Source of the DNA: Eledone cirrhosa
Lineage: Eukaryota
DNA length: 64,000 bases
NCBI GenBank assembly: GCA_964016885.1
Contig: OZ024742.1
Location: 71,300,001 to 71,364,000 of the forward strand
Reading direction: 5' to 3'
In this document: one piece after another, positions 49,535 to 64,000 of the stretch
Position numbering within the stretch: the first letter of the stretch is position 1
Layout of the letters: every line of letters starts with the position of its first letter
Program-made: the position numbers and the translations under genes
The notes under the pieces: generated by a model
Databases searched by the model: none
Told to the model about the DNA's origin: nothing
Seen by the model: only the letters and a program-made list of their open reading frames with translations

Positions 49535-50530
49535 GCGCAGAGGGTTCTATAGAAATAGTGGACAGCTTCCGTTACCTGGGCGATAAAATCAGCAGTGGGG
49601 GAGGGTGCTCTGAAAGTACTGTAGCTAGAGTCAGAACTGGTTGGAAAAAGTTCAGAGAGCTTATACCACTATTAGCTGCTAAAGGGTTCTCCCTAAAAAT
49701 GAAAGACAGGTTGTACGATGCCTGCATACGAACAGCAATGTTGCATGGCAGTGAGACCTGGGCATTGTGTGCAGAGGACATACGCAGACTAGAGAGGAAC
49801 GAAGCTTGCATGCTCCGCTGGATGTGTAACAGTAATATACGTGAACGGCAAAGCATAAACGAACTAAGGAAAAAATTAGAGATAAGAGGGATCAGATGTT
49901 GTTTACTCGAGAGAAGGCTACGTTGGTATGGACACGTGATGCGCATGAAAGTCGATAGCTGTATAACAAAGTGCAGGGCAATAAAGATAGACGGTAGTCA
50001 CGGAATAGGCAGACCTAGAAAAACCTGGGACGAGCTGATAAACTCCGACATCACACACTTACACCTCTCCAAGACAATGTCACTGGACCGAGACCTTTGG
50101 CGGTACTCAGTAACAGAGAAGACCCGCCTTACCTAGATATATAGTAAAACCTACTCCAGCCAGTAGGCATCTCTAAAAAAAATATACACCCCGTCCCACC
50201 ACCACTACCCCCACCCCATCCACACCACCCCGTTCTATGTAAAGTTATGTTGGTGCCGCGCCATCCAGGCCGAAACAAATGAGATCGTGTAGGTGTCACG
50301 ACAAAAAAACACACAGTCCACGCTGTAATGTGGCCGTGTAGGCAACACGGTAAAAACCTCCCAGACCCACACTGTAAATGTGGTTGGTGTTAGGAAGGGC
50401 ATCCAACTGTAGAAAACCTGCCAGACAGTCCCATGCGAGCAAGACAATCACTCTTGCCTCAAGTGGGACTACCCCCGTCCAAACCCATGCAAGCGTGGAA
50501 CACGGACGTTAAACGTTGATGATGATGATG
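49535..50530 (+). mobile_element. RTE subfamily B 3' fragment
   Basis: (GAT)n tail; TSD ATATATGTGTA at 49524-49534 and 50531-50541. Confidence 0.95.
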
Positions 50531-50531
50531 A

Positions 50532-50600
<69 letters not shown>

Positions 50601-50618
50601 ATATATATATATATGTGT

Positions 50619-53594
<2,976 letters not shown>

Positions 53595-56500
53595 CATTAT
53601 CATCATCAACGTTTAACGTCCGTGTTCCACGCTTGCATGGGTTTGGAATTGGGTAGTCCCACTTGAGGCAAGAGTGATTGTCTTGCTCGCATAGGACTGT
53701 CTGGCAGGTTTTCTACAGTTGGATGCCCTTCCTAACACCAACCACATTTACAGTGTGTGTCTGGGAGGTTTTTACCGTGTTGCCTACACGGCCACATTAC
53801 AGCGTGGACTGTGTGTTTTTTTGTCGTGACACCTACACGATCTCATTTGTTTCGGCCTGGATGGCGCGGCACCAACATAACTTTACATAGAACGGGTTGG
53901 GTTGGATGGGGTGGGGGTGGTGGTGGTGGGACGGGGTGTATTTTGTTAGAGATGCCTACTGGCTGGAGTAGGTTTTACTATATATTTAGGTAAGGCGGGT
54001 CTTCTCTGTTACTGAGTACCGCCAAAGGTCTCGGTCCAGTGACATTGTCTTGGAGAGGTGTAAGTGTGTGATGTCGGAGTTTATCAGCTCGTCCCAGGTT
54101 TTTCTAGGTCTGCCTATTCCGTGACTACCGTCTATCTTTATTGCCCTGCACTTTGTTATACAGCTATCGACTTTCATGCGCATCACGTGTCCACACCAAC
54201 GTAACCTTCTCTCGAGTAAACAACATCTGATCCCTCTTATCTCTAATTTTTTCCTTAGTTCGTTTATGCTTTGCCGTTCACGTATATTACTGTTACACAT
54301 CCAGCGGAGCATGCAAGCTTCGTTCCTCTCTAGTCTGCGTATATCCTCTGCACACAATGCCCAGGTCTCACTGCCATGCAACATTGCTGTTCGTATGCAG
54401 GCATCGTACAACCTGCCTTTCATTTTTAGGGAGAACCCTCTAGCGGCTAATAGTGGTATAAGCTCTCTGAACTTTTTCCAACCAGTTCTGACTCTAGCTA
54501 CAGTACTTTCAGAGCACCCTCCCCCACTGCTGATTTTATCGCCCAGGTAACGGAAGCTGTCCACTATTTCTATAGAACCCTCTGCGCAATTGAAAGAGCT
54601 AGTATTTTGTGGGCACTTGCTGCTACTTATTGCACCAGAACACCGGCCACATGTAAAATCTATGTTCTTAGTTAGCTTACCTGTGATCCCACTACATCTT
54701 TTATGCACCCATACTTTGCATTTAGAACATAAAATGGAGTTTCTACCTACGCCTTTCCTACACACTGAGCATGGCCATTTCCCGGAAGGGACTGCCGCCT
54801 TGTTTTCTTTCCTACAAACTAGAACTTTGGTCTTAGCCAGGTTAATTTTAAGTTCTTTTGACTCTAGGCCGTGCTTCCATGTTTGGAATTTCTTCTCTAG
54901 CTCGGCCATTGATTCCGCTATGAGTGTCAGGTCGTCTGCGTATAGGAGTTCCCATGGGCAGCCGGTCTTGAACTCCTCTGTTATAGCCTGAAGGGTAATA
55001 ATAAATAGTAGGGGGCTGAGAACAGAGCCCTGATGGACGCCAACTTTTACGCTAAACTCTTCACTATATTCGTTGTTAATTCTAACCTTGCTGACTGTTT
55101 CTTTATACATGGCTTGTATAGCCCTCACAAGCCATTCGTCAACGCCTAGTTTTCTAAGAGCCCACCAGATAATGGAGTGGGGGACTCTGTCGAAGGCTTT
55201 CTCCAAGTCGACAAAGGCTAAGTAGAGGGGTTTACCTTTAGCTAGGTACTTCTCCTGTAGTTGTCGTACTATGAAAAGAGCGTCTGTGGTACTTTTGCCT
55301 GACACAAACCCGAACTGCATTTCATCTAGGTCAATTCTCTCTCTGATTAGTTGCGCTATTACTTTTTCCGTGACCTTCATGACCTGGTCGATTAATTTAA
55401 TGCCTCTATAGTTACTCCTATCTAGGGCGTCTCCTTTACCCTTGTAACAGTTAACGATGATGCTGCTATGCCAGTCCTTCGGAACAACCCCATTCTGTAC
55501 GACTTGGTTAACTATGCGGGTAACCATGGTATGTCCCACCGTGCCAGATGCCTTCAGCATCTCAGCAACTATTTCCGAAGGCCCAGCCGCCTTACCCGTC
55601 TTCATATCCTTGATTGCCTTACTTATTATACTCCCCTCGACTAACACTGCTGCTCCTTCTATTGGGTCGATATGGGGGAGACTGTCTTTCTCCCATTTAT
55701 TCTCCTCATTTAGTAGCCTTTCATAGTGACACTTCCAAGCTACCTTCTTATCAGCGTCGGTGATGGCAAGTGTGCCATCGTCGTTTAGTACACACTTCTC
55801 CCCGACAATATCACGGTTTTCCTTGACGCATTGCCTAGCAATCCTGAACACCTCACGTTTTTGGTCATCGCGTTGTAGAACCTGCTTGAACTTTCTTTCC
55901 TCAGCTTCCCTTCTTGCTAAGTACACTTGTCTCCTAGCTTCCCTCATGGCCACTTGATAGTCTTCTCTACTTCCCCCATCCCGCCATACTTTCCAAGCCT
56001 GCTTTTTGGCCTTAATTGACCCATCCACCTTACTGTTCCACCACCATGTTACTCTCCTCCTGCCTACAGGCCTGCTCCAGCCACAGACTTCATCTGTCGC
56101 CAACAGCAGGTTTGCTTTCAGAAATTCCCACTCTCCCTCTATATTGTCCGACTCTAAATGTTCTTCCTTACTGTCGAAAGCATCAAGTAATATGCTTTGA
56201 AATTTATTCCTGGCTGTGGGGCCCTTTAGCTTCCATATTTTTCTCCTGAGGATAGTCCTCTTCTGCTGTCGAGTACTTCTCGTCCTGACTATGAGGTCGC
56301 TAATTATCAGTCTATGTTGGGAGGTGCATTCTTCATGGGGGAGGGATTTAGTGTTTACAACAGACACTCTGTCACGTCTTCTGGTAAGGATATAATCTAC
56401 CTGGCTTGTGTGTTCCCCGGATCTATAGGTGATCAGGTGATTGTCACGTTTTTTGAAGTTAGTGTTACAGATAGTTAGGTTATTTGCATCACAGAATTCC

Positions 56501-57378
56501 AGGATTCTGGAGCCTTCCTCATTTCTAGTACCAAACCCATAGCCTCCATGGATTTCGTCGTAGCCGTCACAATGTTGTCCAACGTGACCATTTAGGTCGC
56601 CTGCAATAATTATATAGTCACTGTCGGATATTTGGGAGGTAGTTAGCATCAGTGTCTCATAGAATCTGTCTTTTATAGTGCCGGGCAGTCCGGATTGGGG
56701 TGCGTACGCAGATATTACTGTCACCGTAGTTCTATTGAGGACAAGTCGTATTTTAATTATTCTGTCGTTCACTCTATTTACGTCTATTATCTTATCTGCC
56801 CACTTTTCTGCTACCATGATTCCTACCCCACCCAGCCTATCGTCGTTTCCCACCCAGAAAAGCTTATAACATCGTTTTTTTTACCCTCAATGAACCTAGC
56901 AGACCCACCCCTCCATCTGGTCTCTTGAATACAACAAACATCGACCTCCTTACGTTCAAGCATTTCTACAACCTCGTTAGCGCGACCCTTTAGGGTGCCT
57001 ACATTTATGGTACCAACTCTGAAGTTTTGGATTGCGTTTGGGGGTTGGGGGCGGGGGGCGATGGGGTTATGTTAGCCGTCCGCGGTCGAAACAATGAGGA
57101 GTGCTCGCATTCTCGTCCAAGAGGTGAATTTGTCTTTATCTTTGGCATTGTCGCTGAGCGTACAGATTTTTCTCTCTCTCCTCCACTCTCCAGGATTCCG
57201 CAGTCCATCCATCCATCATATATCGAAAGGCAACCAGGCAAGCGATAGTATAGGCCTCTGGCTTCTGATTGGTCCGCGTAATAATAATACTGGTGATGCG
57301 TGGGGGCTCTGGCTTATGATTGGTCCACGTAATAGCAATGGTGGTGCGTGGGGGCGGGAGGGAGGGGTGTTGGGTAGC
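53595..57378 (-). mobile_element. Near full-length RTE LINE, subfamily B
   Basis: 5' UTR, APE endonuclease plus RT ORF, 3' UTR, (GAT)n tail; 5' boundary uncertain (may extend to 58233). Confidence 0.95.
53986..57040 (-). CDS. RTE ORF: APE endonuclease, RT and PHD finger (one frameshift near 56875-56882)
   Basis: 955-aa open frame (SAYAPQ, AGDLNGH, SQVDY, SQHR, YADD) plus upstream VGTINVGTL...CCIQETRW in another frame. Confidence 0.92.
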
Positions 57379-58233
<855 letters not shown>

Positions 58234-58259
58234 ATATATATATATATACACATATATAT

Positions 58260-59216
58260 ACTAGACATGAAAAATGCGCAAGCTCAAAAGTGCCGCAGAA
58301 TGTTATAATAAACCTTCAAAAGTGTGGGACTAGAGTTGTTGCTAAAAAATATTGTAATCATTATATATCGTACATTCTGTGGCATCCTTTATAAAAATAG
58401 CTTAAACCAACGAAGCCTTTATTTTTACGCTATTTCACTTAGTTAATTCTTAGAGTGTAACATATAAAAATATCATTTACAACTATAAAATAAATTAATT
58501 AATATAATAACAGAGCTGCGGAGCTGAAATTTAGGAAATAATGGAGTATCGGATCCTGAGTTGGAGCCAGTCAATTTTTGGCCGACTCCACAGCCCTGTA
58601 TAATACATTTCATATTAAAGTTATTAATAAACCTATTTTACACTTCATGCAAATTACCACGAGATATTGATATTAGATATAAGATACAGCGCAATATCTA
58701 CAGCTGTAAAAGTACGAAAGCGAAGTAATAATAAGTGGCTTAAGGTAATTCCAATATGAAAGTTTGTAGTGATAAAAATTTGATAATGCAATACGATTGT
58801 TAATATTATAGTTCTATGAAAATGTAACAATAGATAACTAAATTATTTTACTATTAGTATATTTAAGAAATTATCATTATAGATTTGATCGTTCATATAA
58901 GCATCATATTAAGTTTCAACACAATTATTTTGTTACTATGAGTATATGATAATAATATTACGTAATTATTTATAGCTGTTATTACATTAAACATAGATGT
59001 ATTTATTTTTATATGTTACACTCTAAGAATTAACTAAGTGAAATAGCGTAAAAATAAAGGCTTCGTTGGTTTAAGCTATTTTTATAAAGGATGCCACAGA
59101 ATGTACGATATATAATGATTACAATATTTTTTAGCAACAACTCTAGTCCCACACTTTTGAAGGTTTATTATAACATTCTGTGGCACTTTTGAGCTTGCGC
59201 ATTTTTCATGTCTAGT
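58260..59216. mobile_element. Foldback/MITE element with ~212-bp TIRs
   Basis: 58260-58472 is the reverse complement of 59004-59216 with about one mismatch. Confidence 0.9.
58511..58598. mobile_element. 88-bp hAT-type mini element
   Basis: TIRs CAGAGCTGCGGAG / CTCCACAGCCCTG; 8-bp TSD TATAATAA / TATAATAC. Confidence 0.7.
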
Positions 59217-59764
59217 TTAATATTTTTTTAAGGCAACGCTTGTAATAACTCTAGTTAAACAGGATATATATTAATAATAAATTATCGTTGTAATGTAATT
59301 AGATTATGTAATTGTTATTATAAATTATCTTATAAATATTAGTGTAAGATGTATAAAAATATTTTCAGACTTTTAATATAAACAACTACAAAAAACAATC
59401 AATATATTATACATAATAGAAAACATAAAATATACAATACAAAAACAAAATATTTACATACAATTGCAATTATCAGTGTATATACATTTTCTTTATATTC
59501 CCTGAGCAAATTAATAAGATTTGTTTTTATTGTACATAATTTGATGACTTGTTGGAGTGTATTAAAAGATAGCAACAATTTGTGATTAAATTGTTATCTT
59601 AAGCAACTCACTTTTTAATAGTTGTTGGCTGAGCGAAATTGTAAAAGCCTATGAGCAAATATAAAAAAAAATACACAAACAACATTTCCTTGTGTTATTA
59701 CAACATTAGATAAAATAATTGAGCAATGTCGTTATATTTTGCTCTTATTGCACATTAATAGTGT

Positions 59765-59928
59765 TTCTATTTTTCGGCACAAATCCATTACGGCAGTCCA
59801 TTACTGGTACTTTATTTTATCGAATTAGTAAGTATGAAAGTCGAAGTTAACCTCGGCAGGATTTGAACTTAGAATGCAAAGGACCATAACAATACTGCAA
59901 AGCATGGTGTCTGACGCTCTACCAATAC
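59765..59928 (-). mobile_element. tRNA-derived SINE
   Basis: Same family as 3405-3935. Confidence 0.8.
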
Positions 59929-60322
59929 TTGTGTTGAGCTGGTCATTAATTTATGGTGGTCGTGCGTGGAGTAGAGCAATCGCTAGTTGAAATATTATGA
60001 ACAAAACATTTTTATTTGCCGAAGAACATATTTTCAATACTGTTTGTGAATGTGACGAAGGAAATACATTCTGATATGGAACAGTGTACAAAGTGTGTCT
60101 GTGAATAACATAATGTTACCTCATGTTGTTGTCAAGACATAATGGATTTCGTATATCCAGTTAGAAGATGAAACCTAGCCATCTCGGATTAGTTATATTT
60201 CATGCCATGTGTAAACGTGTTTGAGGATAGCAAAATATGCGCGTTAATTATAATAATTAGTTAATAATATTACAAAATATACCTAATTAAACTCTTTGCT
60301 TGAAATTTTATCATTCTTCGTT

Positions 60323-60363
<41 letters not shown>

Positions 60364-61779
60364 GGAGAGAGATTTATCTAGTCCTTCGCTCAAGATTAAT
60401 CTATAAGTTTAGATGTTTGCCTTCGTTTAAGTAAATATTACAGTAAGATTTTTAATATAAACAACTACAAAAAACAATTAATATTAAAACGAAAAAATTA
60501 TCAATGATAAAAGAAGCGGATGCAACTTTTTTTTTTATAAAGTTATATTCCTGTTTCTTTAAAGAACATTTCATTTTTGTTCTATTGTAGGCGAAATAAT
60601 GCAATGGTTTAATAGGGAAGATATAACTTACGAATTATGTCTCTAACCGTGTAACGCTTTTTAAGTAGATAACTACAATTGAAAATACTAAAGAAATGGA
60701 ACCAACAATTCAATTTGAAAGTCGTCTAGTGACAGTGTATTACTGGTACTTTATTTTATCGATCCCGTAACGATGAAAGGCAAAAATGCAAATGCTTAAA
60801 ATTTAAATTGCCTTAATTCTATCGTCTGCTGTTTCATTAAAGGGAGATTATCGTCTGTATTTAATTCTATCGTCTACTGTTCCACTAAACAGATATACCT
60901 CCACTATCGTCTCTATTTATACATTTTAACTTATAACTTATACACATTTGATTTGAAATATTTTATCTAGTCCCCCCTCTCAATATTATGATGATTTCTT
61001 TCGAATGAAACAGTTCTAGTCCTGTAGAAACCATTTATATATATAATTGAACTGAGTTAAAAATTCACAATATTTATAATTAAATAAGCTCATATATATA
61101 TGTGTGTATTTATCTGTTTATTGTATTATATATAATGTGTGTATATACAGGATGTCCCCCAAAAATATATACACACTTCAACAGCATTCTAATAACTATT
61201 GCCTGTACAGGTAATCAAAGTGTCAATCGAATGTTAGTTTCGTGTTTTAACAGTACAAATTTACAATACACACATAAAACCAGTGTATATACATACATGA
61301 GTGTGTATACACATACATGAATGTGTATATACAATATATATGTATATATATATAGACACATATATTCACGGTGCAACGGTACATTAAAATATAGATGCGG
61401 GAGAGGGGGGGGGGTGTATATATAGGGGCGCTGGGGATAAAGGAGTGTAAAGCGTGTGTAATTGATATATTGAAGGAGAGGAGCGTGCAGCGATAGAGTA
61501 ACAAATATATAGAGAGGGGGAGAGATGGTATTGAAGGGGAGGAGTGCAAAGCGAAAGAGTAAGAGATATATATAGAGACGGAACAGATAGAGAGAAACAG
61601 GCGTAAGTAACAGTGGAAGAGATATAGAGAGAGGTACTCTGATTGGTTGAAAATTAGCCAATGACATACGATCACCACCACCACGGCTATCCCCGAAAAA
61701 TTTTTTAAGAAGCTACGCATATATGTTAGAACACGAAAAGTGAACATTCTGTTGTTTCACACTTTTCGTGTTCTAACAG

Positions 61780-62138
61780 ATATATATGTGCATATATATA
61801 TATATATACACATATATATATATGTGCATATATATATATACACATATATATATATATATGTGCATATATATATATATGTGCATATATATATACATATGTG
61901 CATATATATATATATGTGCATATATATATATGCATATATATATATATATGTGCATATATATATATATATGTGCATATATATATATGTGTATATATATATA
62001 TGTGTATATATATATATGTGTATATATATATATGTGTATATATATATATGTGTGTATATATATATATGTGTATATATATATATGTATGTATATATATATA
62101 TATGTATGTATATATATATATATGTATGTATATATATA

Positions 62139-62169
<31 letters not shown>

Positions 62170-62206
62170 GTGTATATATATATATGTGTATATATATATA
62201 TATGTG

Positions 62207-62239
<33 letters not shown>

Positions 62240-62323
62240 GTGCGTGTATATATATATATATGTGTATATATATATATATATGTGCGTATATATATATATA
62301 TGTGTATATATATATATATGTGC

Positions 62324-62373
<50 letters not shown>

Positions 62374-62380
62374 ATGTATA

Positions 62381-62419
<39 letters not shown>
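61780..62419. repeat. (TA)n array with GTGC/GTG punctuation
   Basis: Direct reading of the sequence. Confidence 0.95.
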
Positions 62420-62422
<3 letters not shown>

Positions 62423-62750
62423 TCTGAACATTAATCAGTATACACTGAGGATGAAAAACTCAGAGCTGTATGGGAGCATCCCAAAAGTCAGCTCAAAATT
62501 GGCACAGAGGAGACTGAGGTTAGCTGGACATGCTCACCGACATCCAGAGTTGGCATTGCACTCAGTGCTCTTGTGGGAGCCCCTTCATGGATACACTAGA
62601 AGAGGAAGACCAAGGTTAACGTATGTTGATGCCCTAAGGACAGACACTGTTGGAGACGCAGGACATGGCAGCGATAATATGGGACAGAGATCGCTGGAGA
62701 GAACTCGTCCATGGATCTCGGGAATTTTACCTGCCTTAGATAGATAGATA
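62420..62750 (+). mobile_element. 3' fragment of a different RTE/RTEX-like LINE with (GATA)n tail
   Basis: [36 protein letters not shown]. Confidence 0.8.
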
Positions 62751-62847
62751 TGTGTGTATATATATATATATACATATATGTGTATATATATATGTATGTG
62801 TGTATATATATATATGTATGTGTGTATATATATATATATGTGTGTAT

Positions 62848-63685
62848 CATCATCATCATCATCATCATCAACGTTTAACGTCCGTGTTCCACGCTTGCAT
62901 GGGTTTGGACGGGGGTAGTCCCACTTGAGGCAAGAGTGATTGTCTTGCTCGCATAGGACTGTCTGGCAGGTTTTCTACAGTTGGATGCCCTTCCTAACAC
63001 CAACCACATTTACAGTGTGGGTCTGGGAGGTTTTTACCGTGTTGCCTACACGGCCACATTACAGCGTGGACTGTGTGTTTTTTTGTCGTGACACCTACAC
63101 GATCTCATTTGTTTCGGCCTGGATGGCGCGGCACCAACATAACTTTACATAGAACGGGGTGGTGTGGATCGGGTGGGGGTGGTGGGACGGGGTGTATTTT
63201 GTTAGAGATGCCTACTGGCTGGAGTAGGTTTTACTATATATTTAGGTAAGGCGGGTCTTCTCTGTTACTGAGTACCGCCAAAGGTCTCGGTCCAGTGACA
63301 TTGTCTTGGAGAGGTGTAAGTGTGTGATGTCGGAGTTTATCAGCTCGTCCCAGGTTTTTCTAGGTCTGCCTATTCCGTGACTACCGTCTATCTTTATTGC
63401 CCTGCACTTTGTTATACAGCTATCGACTTTCATGCGCATCACGTGTCCATACCAACGTAGCCTTCTCTCGAGTAAACAACATCTGATCCCTCTTATCTCT
63501 AATTTATTCCTTAGTTCGTTTATGCTTTGCCGTTCACGTATATTACTGTTACACATCCAGCGGAGCATGCAAGCTTCGTTCCTCTCTAGTCTGCGTATAT
63601 CCTCTGCACACAATGCCCAGGTCTCACTGCCATGCAGCATTGCTGTTCGTATGCAGGCATCGTACAACCTGCCTTTCATTTTTAG
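62848..63685 (-). mobile_element. RTE subfamily B 3' fragment
   Basis: Nearly identical to 53600-54428; TSD TGTGTGTAT at 62839-62847 and 63686-63694. Confidence 0.95.
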
Positions 63686-63733
63686 TGTGTGTATATATAT
63701 ATATGTGTGTGTATATATATATACATGTGTGTA

Positions 63734-63784
<51 letters not shown>

Positions 63785-63835
63785 ATATATATGTATGTGT
63801 GTATATATGTATGTGTGTATATATGTATGTGTATG

Positions 63836-63866
<31 letters not shown>

Positions 63867-64000
63867 ATATATATATATATATATGATGAAAGCACACCAT
63901 AATTTAACTTGGTGTCCTTGAAATATGTATAATGAAATAAATATGGTTTTATAAATATAGTTTCCATTTGTTAATATATCGTATATATATATATATATAT

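Overview
AT-rich metazoan genomic DNA with no convincing host coding exon. The SINE and LINE repertoire resembles octopus/cephalopod repeats (inference). Positions 1-15.4 kb hold old, decayed transposon debris (Tc1/mariner, hAT and piggyBac MITEs, RTE and CR1-type LINE fragments, many tRNA-derived SINEs) and one possible promoter/first exon near 6.15 kb. From 15.4 kb to the end, the window is a nest of multi-kb interrupted (TA)n arrays. Inserted into them are at least eight young copies of an RTE-clade LINE (two subfamilies, (GAT)n tails, 8-11 bp TSDs, one near full-length), a partner SINE, a CR1-type LINE and several Penelope-like elements. Four signals stand out. (i) A C4HC3 PHD finger sits inside the RTE reverse transcriptase, between RT motifs 6 and 7. 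(ii) The RTE 3' UTR and the SINE carry tandem H-type pseudoknot-like modules with covarying pairs. (iii) A Naiad-type Penelope carries a complete minimal hammerhead ribozyme. (iv) Kb-scale duplications of the arrays preserve filled and empty versions of the same insertion site. The long Ile/Tyr-rich ORFs are microsatellite artefacts.
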